DNA of 11,070 nucleotides from an uncultured Nitrososphaerota archaeon (GCA_964518475.1 CAZFGR010000039.1:1-11070); one strand, 5' to 3'; counted from the first letter of the stretch, positions 1 to 6,657 are shown. Notes: a model not told the origin generated them from the letters alone. Program-made: numbers and translations.

Positions 1-105
1 GGAGTCGCAGCATTCGATGTCGAAAGCGGAATCATAAGCCCCGGGGGAATAGGGTTATCAGAAATATCGATATTTATTTAATTATTAATTCTTAAAAAGA
101 TCAAT

Positions 106-720
106 ATGAAGGATCGTCTTCTCAGATTGTGTGAAGCAGCCGAACTTCTTGGCGTTAGTGTAGATACATTACGTAAATGGGATCGACTCGGAAAAATAAA
201 AACAATTAGAACTCCTGGGGGGCATAGGAGGATCCCCCTTTCTGAGATAGAGAAAATCCTTGGTAAAAACTTCAAGAGAAGAATACGTTGTGCAATATAC
301 GCACGGGTATCATCTCACTCTCGGCAACAAGACCTCGAAAGACAAATAACAATTCTCAAGCAATTTGCTCAAGAGCAAGGTTGGCTCATCATAGACATAA
401 TAAAGGATATTGCATCGGGCCTAAAGGAAAGAAGGCGTGGTCTAAAAAAGTTATTCAATCTAGTGATAAGAAAAAGGATAGACATTGTCTTAATAACATA
501 CAAAGATAGGCTCACACGCTTTGGTTTTAAGTATCTTGAGGAATTCTTTAGAAGCTACGGAGTACAGATATATATCCTTCTCGATAAACCAGAGAAATCA
601 GAACTGCAAGAACTAATCGAGGACTTTGTAGCAATCATTGCGAGTTTTGCTGGAAGAATCTATGGTAGAAGATCTAAGCGAATACTCGAACTTTTAACTA
701 AAATAAAAAATAAGGAATAG
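106..720 (+). CDS. tnpA: IS607-family serine recombinase/transposase TnpA
   Basis: N-terminal MerR/Xis-like HTH (LRLCEAAELLGVSVDTLRKWDRLGKI..RTPGGHRRI), then the serine recombinase catalytic motif YARVSS, DLERQ, DIASGL..RRGL, YKDRLTRFGF and C-terminal ELIEDFVAIIASFAGRIYGRRS, the typical IS607 TnpA layout. Confidence 0.95.
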   Translation: MKDRLLRLCEAAELLGVSVDTLRKWDRLGKIKTIRTPGGHRRIPLSEIEKILGKNFKRRIRCAIYARVSSHSRQQDLERQITILKQFAQEQGWLIIDIIKDIASGLKERRRGLKKLFNLVIRKRIDIVLITYKDRLTRFGFKYLEEFFRSYGVQIYILLDKPEKSELQELIEDFVAIIASFAGRIYGRRSKRILELLTKIKNKE

Positions 721-737
721 AAAATAATAAAAAAGAA
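721..737 (-). terminator. Oligo-T terminator of the minus-strand HTH gene
   Basis: Reverse complement TTCTTTTTTATTATTTT directly after the stop of 738..1094. Confidence 0.5.
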
Positions 738-1094
738 CTAAGCAGACTCAATCTTTTTCTTTATTAACTTGGCCAGCTCTCCACTCAATTTTTCTAGGTC
801 TTTTTCGTGTTCTCGGAGAACCCTTTCAAGACCGACTTTTAGAATCTCAGGATACTTCGCAGCAACACCTTTAAAAACTCTCTCAGCTAAATCATCTCCA
901 AGACTCTCTCTAGTTAATGCGGAACTAATACTACCAGGATTAGTACCAGTAGCACGAGCTACTTTGCTTAATCCAATTTCCCGCACTAGGTATTCTAGTA
1001 ATTTTATTTTTACTTTTCCAAACCAAAAAACAATAAGTCTTGCTACCTCATCAGCACTCATAAAGAATACCAGCCTAGCCTTATCGTTTTGCAT
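738..1094 (-). CDS. HTH transcriptional regulator (putative repressor) with C-terminal coiled coil
   Basis: HTH-like segment GLSKVARATGTNPGSISSAL; GGTGAT RBS upstream of ATG on the minus strand; divergent from the early operon. Confidence 0.7.
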   Translation of the reverse strand: MQNDKARLVFFMSADEVARLIVFWFGKVKIKLLEYLVREIGLSKVARATGTNPGSISSALTRESLGDDLAERVFKGVAAKYPEILKVGLERVLREHEKDLEKLSGELAKLIKKKIESA

Positions 1095-1120
1095 CTTTAT
1101 ATCACCACATGCAAACGATA

Positions 1121-1218
1121 TTATGAATTTTTCTCAAAGAATTATGATGCTATGAACATAATTTAAATCTTCATGAAGAATTCACAAATTCTTATGAATT
1201 TTGCAAAAGATTTATATA
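1121..1218. promoter_or_regulatory. Divergent promoter/operator region
   Basis: Plus-strand BRE-TATA CAAAAGA-TTTATATA (1204-1218); minus-strand TATA-like TTTAAATT (1160-1167); 12-bp palindrome TCTTCATGAAGA (1168-1179); inverted repeat AATTATG/CATAATT (1140-1146/1157-1163); direct repeat TTATGAATTTT (1121-1131, 1192-1202). Confidence 0.7.
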
Positions 1219-1271
1219 CGCTATTCAGCAATACTATTTCTATTGACCCCCTATCCCCAGGTGATATACGA

Positions 1272-1496
1272 ATGTCTGAAGGAGGAGAAAGTTTTAGAAA
1301 AGCGATAGAAAAGCTCACAAAAGAATTAAAAACTGTTGCGAAAACATTAGAGCAAATCCCGACTCGCGGCTTCATCAGAGAACTATTAATCCTATACATT
1401 CACGAGAAAACGGGCCTTGGTAAGCGGAAGATAGAATACATTCTGGACATAATTAGACAATTTGCAGAAGAAATTCTTAAGGAGGGAGAAGAGTGA
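1272..1496 (+). CDS. Small helical hypothetical protein (74 aa), first gene of early operon; start revised from 1173
   Basis: GGTGAT RBS at 1260-1265 before ATG 1272; the TATA box at 1211-1218 lies inside the longer ORF-track call. Confidence 0.7.
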   Translation: MSEGGESFRKAIEKLTKELKTVAKTLEQIPTRGFIRELLILYIHEKTGLGKRKIEYILDIIRQFAEEILKEGEE

Positions 1497-1756
1497 GCAT
1501 CGAGAATGAGTTACGCGCATTTGAGAGTTTTTCCTGCCCCCGCCTACATAACCTAATACACGAGCTAAAAGAATGCAAAAACATACTAATGCGTGCAGTC
1601 GTGCATACAAAGGATAAAGAAGCAATCGATGAAGTAGCTGAAATAGTAAAAGAAATGCTTATCCTGAGAGAGAAACTAGAAAGATTCGTTAAAAAAGCTT
1701 TTCAAAAAAGAAAAAAGCTCGAAAAACGGCTATGGAGGAGGGCTCTCGATGATTGA
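1493..1756 (+). CDS. Hypothetical coiled-coil protein
   Basis: GTG start overlapping the upstream TGA; GGAGGGAG RBS; charged helical sequence. Confidence 0.7.
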   Translation: MSIENELRAFESFSCPRLHNLIHELKECKNILMRAVVHTKDKEAIDEVAEIVKEMLILREKLERFVKKAFQKRKKLEKRLWRRALDD

Positions 1757-2060
1757 GATCGAGGAGACCGATTTCCACAAATTATATCACCTAAAGATAA
1801 GAACAACACTCGGCACAGTAGAATTCCCAGCAACAATCAACGATATAGTAGACATCTGGAAAGACCTCGGGAACTTCATCCTCACACAGTTCCTCAAACA
1901 ATACAAAACATCATTCCTGATCTCTACCCGCTGGACCAAAGATAAACTAGAATTAACAATAAACCGGGACAGCAAGAAGAGAAAACTGGAGCTACATCTA
2001 GACGAAATAACCCCCCTCGCAGCAATACTAACAATAATAAGCGAGGGGATCCAGGGATGA
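1749..2060 (+). CDS. Hypothetical protein
   Basis: GGAGGAGGG RBS; overlaps both neighbours (translational coupling). Confidence 0.7.
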   Translation: MIEIEETDFHKLYHLKIRTTLGTVEFPATINDIVDIWKDLGNFILTQFLKQYKTSFLISTRWTKDKLELTINRDSKKRKLELHLDEITPLAAILTIISEGIQG

Positions 2061-2347
2061 TCCAGGAAATCTATAACTATATAATAAAAAAGGAAGGACT
2101 CGCGAAATACCAGGATGCGATAAGAGAACTAATAATCTCAAGGAACGGGAAGTACAAACTAAAGTTAAACAAGAGATATCAGCATCTCCGCAGAAAAACA
2201 ACAATAACCGGGAACCTGGAAAACTCCTTATTACAACAACTAGAAAAGACACTGACAGAATTTGGTGCCGCAAAAATAATCGCTAAAATCACTCTAAAAA
2301 AGACGACGGGAAGGGTTTACTTCGACATACTACTTTCTCCGAGGTGA
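2057..2347 (+). CDS. Hypothetical basic protein
   Basis: ATGA start/stop overlap; GAGGGG RBS; K/R-rich. Confidence 0.7.
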   Translation: MIQEIYNYIIKKEGLAKYQDAIRELIISRNGKYKLKLNKRYQHLRRKTTITGNLENSLLQQLEKTLTEFGAAKIIAKITLKKTTGRVYFDILLSPR

Positions 2348-2351
2348 TTCC

Positions 2352-2543
2352 ATGCCCTACAACTACATTATAACTTTCAAAATCAATCGCGATTTACTAG
2401 AACATCTCGATAAACTAGTAAAACAAGGCTACTACAATAGCAGAAGCGAAGCAATCAGAGAAGCAATCAAACAGCTAATAATAATACATAACAACTTCCG
2501 CGAACAACTAAGAAGAGCATGGGGTGAGGAGGAAGATGGCTAG
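2352..2543 (+). CDS. Ribbon-helix-helix (CopG/MetJ/NikR-type) regulator
   Basis: IITFKINRDLLEHLDKLVKQGYYNSRSEAIREAIKQL matches the archaeal CopG RHH pattern; GAGGTGA RBS. Confidence 0.9.
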   Translation: MPYNYIITFKINRDLLEHLDKLVKQGYYNSRSEAIREAIKQLIIIHNNFREQLRRAWGEEEDG

Positions 2544-3108
2544 GAAGAAAGACAAAATAAAATTACCAGATAAACTCTTTACCATTGTGGAAGTGGAGCT
2601 AGAGATTCAGCGCATTGCTGGCGGTGAACCTGGATTAAGTATAAATCAATTCGGAGAGCCAATAGAAACGCGTTTCCAGAACAACATATTTAGGAGAAAG
2701 GAAAATGGCACAAGGATCTTGTTTGAAGAGAAACACGTGAAGGGGCTTTTGAAGGAGGTAGTTAGAATCTTAGGACTGTCAACCAAAGAAAAAGGCATAC
2801 TTTTCAAAATTCGCCATAGCCTGGCAATGGAACCATCCGAAATATTAATTCCTCCTGGCACAGAGGTTTACGGTCGCCCAATACCGGTTCTCTTAGGGAA
2901 CCGGGTATCAATCACATTCACAGAAGTCATCGAGAAACCGCTAAGAGTAAAATTCAGATTAAAAATCCCGAACGGACCAGACGGACCAGTAGTAAGCCCT
3001 GAGTTACTACGTAAATTATTCGAAGTGGGGCAAACTGTTGGCATTGGGGCTAAGAGATCGTTGGGCTATGGCAAATATAAGGTGGTGAAATTCGAAGTCA
3101 TAACTTAA
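2536..3108 (+). CDS. Stand-alone RAMP-superfamily protein, Cas7/Csm3-like (candidate Vipr-type effector), 190 aa
   Basis: N-terminal strand plus IAGG, helix HVKGLLKEVV (cf. Csm3/Cmr4 SLKGxLR), TEVIE strand and C-terminal G-rich loop GIGAKRSLGYGKY typical of group-7 RAMPs; GGAGG RBS before ATG 2536 (start revised from 2524). Confidence 0.85.
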   Translation: MARKKDKIKLPDKLFTIVEVELEIQRIAGGEPGLSINQFGEPIETRFQNNIFRRKENGTRILFEEKHVKGLLKEVVRILGLSTKEKGILFKIRHSLAMEPSEILIPPGTEVYGRPIPVLLGNRVSITFTEVIEKPLRVKFRLKIPNGPDGPVVSPELLRKLFEVGQTVGIGAKRSLGYGKYKVVKFEVIT

Positions 3109-3109
3109 A

Positions 3110-3137
3110 CCTTCTTTCCTTTTTTTTATTTTTTATT
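3110..3137 (+). terminator. Oligo-T terminator of early operon
   Basis: CCTTCTTTCCTTTTTTTTATTTTTTATT right after the RAMP stop codon. Confidence 0.7.
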
Positions 3138-3140
3138 AAA

Positions 3141-3409
3141 CCAATACTGCCCTTTACCTAGCATTACAAAACAGTACTGAACTCTCCTCTCCTCATCGCA
3201 TTACATAACTAGACATAACATTACTTAACAAAACGATCCAGCAGCGCTAAACAAAACACTACTTTACAAAACGCCTCACCCCCATTAGCAAACCTAACCG
3301 AGACGTTCCATAACTCTGCAATCCTACAGCGCTAAACATAACGAGACAAGACGAAACAATCCTGACCCGGCAACACATAACAGTATTTTACAAGCCGGGC
3401 CAGTACTAT
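3141..3409. ncRNA. Pentamer-periodic repeat array, putative guide-RNA (vrRNA-like) array partnered with the RAMP
   Basis: 52 pentamers in 6 phase blocks (3141-3195, 3198-3242, 3246-3285, 3288-3327, 3331-3370, 3370-3409). C at position 2 in 51/52; position 1 A30/C14/G7/T1; position 3 A25/T17/G7/C3; positions 4-5 variable. Example: GCATT ACATA ACTAG ACATA ACATT ACTTA ACAAA ACGAT CCAGC. The periodicity is directly visible; RNA function is inferred. Confidence 0.75.
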
Positions 3410-3521
3410 CTACTCAAGTTAAAATTCACAATAAGGCCCGGAAAGGCCGAGCAATGAAGACATCTTCTGAGCAATGAAGCCCCGGAGCAAATAATTAGTA
3501 AGTTTTTCCTGAGGTGGTGTA

Positions 3522-3590
3522 ATGACCTATCTCTGGAGTCCAGATGACGACTTAATAAAAGAAGCATTAGAGCGAGGGCCAGAGGTCTAG
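3522..3590 (+). CDS. 22-aa micro-ORF MTYLWSPDDDLIKEALERGPEV
   Basis: GAGGTGG RBS at 3511-3517; its TAG overlaps the GGTGAT RBS of the next gene. Confidence 0.5.
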   Translation: MTYLWSPDDDLIKEALERGPEV

Positions 3591-3600
3591 GTGATGTTAT

Positions 3601-3990
3601 ATGCCCATCAAAACCAGAATTGTTTTTCTCCCGGATTTTAAGATTGATATGCTCCCCTTCAGTTTTTCCACAAAAAAATTCACGATTTACATCGAGAAAC
3701 TAGCACCGATGGAATTCGAAGAAGTAATCAAAAATAATGTAATCGCGGCAAAGCGAGGCTACCAGGAACTAGAGATCCTATGCTTTATAAAACATAAGGA
3801 GACACGGGAACTCCTGAACACAATAATAAAAAACACCGGCTGGAAAATAAAACTCAGCACAGAAACATACAAAGTCCCCGAAAACCCAACAACAGACATC
3901 ATATTAATAGTAAAAGCAGAAAAAGTAGATGAACACGACTACGTCTTTCACACTTATATCGTATACGTGGAGACAGGGTGGAGGGAGTAG
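3601..3990 (+). CDS. Divergent DUF1874 (STIV B116 / AcrIII-1 ring nuclease family)-like protein
   Basis: By-eye match to the remembered family pattern: FLPDFKIDML ~ YLxNAFSxNML, IYIEKLAPMEF ~ VxIxKIxxxEF, CFIKHKETRELLN ~ SIGHxSTxxLxN (His kept); NR and RLxEG motifs not evident; GGTGAT RBS. Confidence 0.55.
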   Translation: MPIKTRIVFLPDFKIDMLPFSFSTKKFTIYIEKLAPMEFEEVIKNNVIAAKRGYQELEILCFIKHKETRELLNTIIKNTGWKIKLSTETYKVPENPTTDIILIVKAEKVDEHDYVFHTYIVYVETGWRE

Positions 3991-4050
3991 GGTAGGAACC
4001 GGATCGCTGCTTTACCCTACTTCTTTTTCTTCTTTATTCTTTATTATTTT
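3986..4050 (+). terminator. Stem-loop plus long T-rich tract
   Basis: AGTAGGGTA (3986-3994) / TACCCTACT (4013-4021) inverted repeat followed by TCTTTTTCTTCTTTATTCTTTATTATTTT. Confidence 0.65.
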
Positions 4051-4293
4051 ATTATTATAGATGAATAAGACGAATTCTCAACTCACAAACAAGTATCAAC
4101 TCTATTACAAACACTATACTGAAAGTAAACAAATACAAAAACATCTCTCTTCTTCTCGCTTTTATCAAAAATAAGCTATGAGGTAAGTTTTTGGAGCTGC
4201 AATAACAGGGTCTTCCTCACAACTCATGTAATGTGACCCCCTCGTATCTTCTCAGGACCTTTATAATTTTAGCGATAACTATAGCAATCACCT

Positions 4294-4920
4294 CTAGAGG
4301 ATCAGACTTTCCTCGGTTAGCAATCTGTGTTTTACTCTTTCTAGGTATGGCTCCATATCTCTCGCTGAGATACTGTAATATATACTCGTGTTTTTAGGAT
4401 CCGTATGCCTCAAGAAACGCTGTAAAACATTTAGAGGAACACCCAGTGTCGCTAATAATATCGCAATGCTATGCCTAAGCATATGGGGGTATACTCTTTC
4501 ATACCCAAAAACCTTGAACGCATCATGTACGGCTCGCCATACACCAAATCTTGTTCTGATATCTACTATTGGTGAATCTAGATCTTTTCCGGCCAAAAAC
4601 CTCTCCCAAAATCTTATCTCGTCATTTGGCACATGTCGTAAACTTATCGTTATTTTGACAAAACTACGCTGTTTTAAGGTCGGTGCATGAAGCAATCTCG
4701 ATGCGATATCGAGATCTCTACGCCTTACTTTTAATAATTCTGACGCCCTTAAACCGGTCCAGAATAGAAACCCAACAATAAACCGTCTCTCTTCCCAGGA
4801 TTGCCTCTTCCTTCTTCCTTCAATATACTTGTCTAAACGATTGAGGACTTCAAGCACTATTTTTGGCCTAACAGCCCTAATTACTCTTCCTCCAACCTTA
4901 GTTACAATAAGATAGTCCAA
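4294..4920 (-). CDS. Tyrosine recombinase/integrase (Xer-like), catalytic domain only
   Basis: TGLRASE (R), TLKQR (K), PHMLRHS (HxxR), FLRH (H), TSIYY (Y); 208 aa with no N-terminal core-binding domain; TTG start with GGGTGA RBS. Confidence 0.92.
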   Translation of the reverse strand: MDYLIVTKVGGRVIRAVRPKIVLEVLNRLDKYIEGRRKRQSWEERRFIVGFLFWTGLRASELLKVRRRDLDIASRLLHAPTLKQRSFVKITISLRHVPNDEIRFWERFLAGKDLDSPIVDIRTRFGVWRAVHDAFKVFGYERVYPHMLRHSIAILLATLGVPLNVLQRFLRHTDPKNTSIYYSISARDMEPYLERVKHRLLTEESLIL

Positions 4921-5145
4921 AACAATTCACCCAAAAAGTATACTATTTACTTCTTCACAGGAGTGTTACTCATTTATTTTTTCACATCACCAAAATGTTG
5001 CGGATAAGAAATAGTAAGCATTACAATAGTCAACAATTTACTCATTCTGTTTACTGTTGATATTTAAAAGCGAATATTTAAACAAACAGCGAATCTAGGA
5101 TAATATATTGCCATATCCCCAGTTTTATTAAGCAAAGGTGAAAAT

Positions 5146-6657
5146 ATGACAGTTTTAGTAAAACTGCCAAGACGCCTTCTCTTCGTGGCCCCAATCCTAG
5201 TCCTACTCATCATACTGCCTCTGGCCCAGGTCCAAGCCCAAGCACCAGTAGTCATAAGGGAGGAAGATGCTGTAATACCATACCTTGAAGCAACAATGGA
5301 TATTTTTATTCCATCGACTTCTGCGAAAATACTCTCAGGTTTTCATACACTTACGACTGGCGACTTTATAGTTATACCAAGAGTAAAACTTGAACTTGGA
5401 ATAATTCCCAGTGGAGATAAAGCAATAGCTTTATTCCGCATCTCGCAGTTCTACTCCAAGGACGGGGTAATAATTAGGTCAACAAACGTCGAGGAATTCA
5501 AAACGGATGCTAAAAAAGAATATTCAAAAGGAATACTGGCAGAGCTACACCCAGTAAGTACGCTAGCTGAATTCCAAGCAAATGCAACGTGGTATACACT
5601 CTCAAGTCCGGTAGAGTCCGATGGAGAGTACTACATATTATATTTCAAGGCTAGTTCTAGAATAACAGTAACTGAAGTTAAGATAGACCCTGACACGAAT
5701 CATTCAAACGGGAACGAAATAGTTCTCTGGAACAAACCGGCAACAGTAGAAGAAAACGAGGAATTCTGGCTCCCACTGCCATACACAACAATAGCAGCAA
5801 TATATGTGGTTACGAAAGGGTCTTATATCCCAGTTACGAAGTTATACTACAACGAACTATCAGTAAGAGACCACAGATTCTTGGAGGAGCAGAACTTAAC
5901 GGTTAACGATACAGAGAGCGAGATAATAAGCGAGGAAACAACGGAGGAAGCGAAAACAGAAAACATCTGGATAGGAGTTGATAGCTTACATGATTACATC
6001 ATGGAAGCGCTGAAGAATACATTCGGAGAGGTTGAGACATATAACTTAACATCATTCAACATTGAGCTAAAAGTAGGAAAGAATATAAAATACGAGACTG
6101 CGGGAATCATCAAATATTCTTGGACCTCACTAGCGATCCTACCGGATCTCTCAGGATGCTTTAGGAAGGTAAGAGTAACGGTAGCGGGATACCTAGATAC
6201 TGTAAGAATGTATCTGAGCAGAACAGCAAGTGAACTAAAGAAGACAGCCACGAGCACCGCGAACCTCGTAGTAATTGGGGCGACAAACGTAGCAAGAAAA
6301 GCATCAGAGACATACAGCCGCATGGCTAAAATGACAACCTCAACGGTTCAGAACTTGGCAGAGAGCATCAAAAACGCAGGGCTAACAGTAAAATCTCTCG
6401 CTGAATCAACGGTAAATAATGTAGGAAAAGCATTAGCAAACGCCAAGAAAACAATTGTTGATGCTGGAGCAAAACTAGTGCATGCCGTTAAAGCAGCACC
6501 AGGAGCAGTTCTCAACTTCGGCAAACTCGCATACGGAGCAGTCACAGGATTCATTAAGAAATTCAAAACGTACATTGTGATTGGTATAATAATCGCAGTA
6601 ATAGCAGTAATCGCGTTACTAAGCTACGGCCTAACAGTAACAAGGAGGAGATTCTAG
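5146..6657 (+). CDS. Type I membrane protein, probable virion envelope/spike or surface protein
   Basis: Signal peptide (..LPLAQVQAQA), beta-rich ectodomain with N-x-S/T sites, long A/T/K-rich amphipathic helical stem, C-terminal TM (YIVIGIIIAVIAVIALLSYGL) and RRRF tail; AGGTGA RBS. Confidence 0.75.
   Translation: MTVLVKLPRRLLFVAPILVLLIILPLAQVQAQAPVVIREEDAVIPYLEATMDIFIPSTSAKILSGFHTLTTGDFIVIPRVKLELGIIPSGDKAIALFRISQFYSKDGVIIRSTNVEEFKTDAKKEYSKGILAELHPVSTLAEFQANATWYTLSSPVESDGEYYILYFKASSRITVTEVKIDPDTNHSNGNEIVLWNKPATVEENEEFWLPLPYTTIAAIYVVTKGSYIPVTKLYYNELSVRDHRFLEEQNLTVNDTESEIISEETTEEAKTENIWIGVDSLHDYIMEALKNTFGEVETYNLTSFNIELKVGKNIKYETAGIIKYSWTSLAILPDLSGCFRKVRVTVAGYLDTVRMYLSRTASELKKTATSTANLVVIGATNVARKASETYSRMAKMTTSTVQNLAESIKNAGLTVKSLAESTVNNVGKALANAKKTIVDAGAKLVHAVKAAPGAVLNFGKLAYGAVTGFIKKFKTYIVIGIIIAVIAVIALLSYGLTVTRRRF

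Noticed and set aside
1-81. Open frame GVAAFDVESGIISPGGIGLSEISIFI* as the end of an upstream gene, or a TnpB omegaRNA end
   Set aside because: Too short to assign without upstream sequence
1173-1271. N-terminal extension of the ORF-track call 1173..1496
   Set aside because: It overlaps the TATA box and operator repeats; the RBS supports ATG 1272
1692-1705. Partial self-target of unit C (AA.AA.CT.TT.AA)
   Set aside because: Only 5 of 7 dinucleotides match, in low-complexity A/T sequence; expected by chance
3141-3409. CRISPR array or simple microsatellite
   Set aside because: There are no 25-40-nt identical repeats with unique spacers, and the pentamers are too diverse for a slippage microsatellite since only one base per unit is invariant
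4055-4192. Second pentamer array or small ORFs in an A/C-skewed intergenic block (shares GTAAGTTTTT at 4183-4192 with 3498-3507)
   Set aside because: No sustained period-5 phase; the 37-aa plus and 29-aa minus ORFs lack clear RBSs; a single shared 10-mer is insufficient
4208-4239. Imperfect inverted repeat GGGTC..TCACA/TGTGACCC as an att site or tRNA fragment
   Set aside because: It needs a 6-nt bulge, and no tRNA T-arm or second copy is visible
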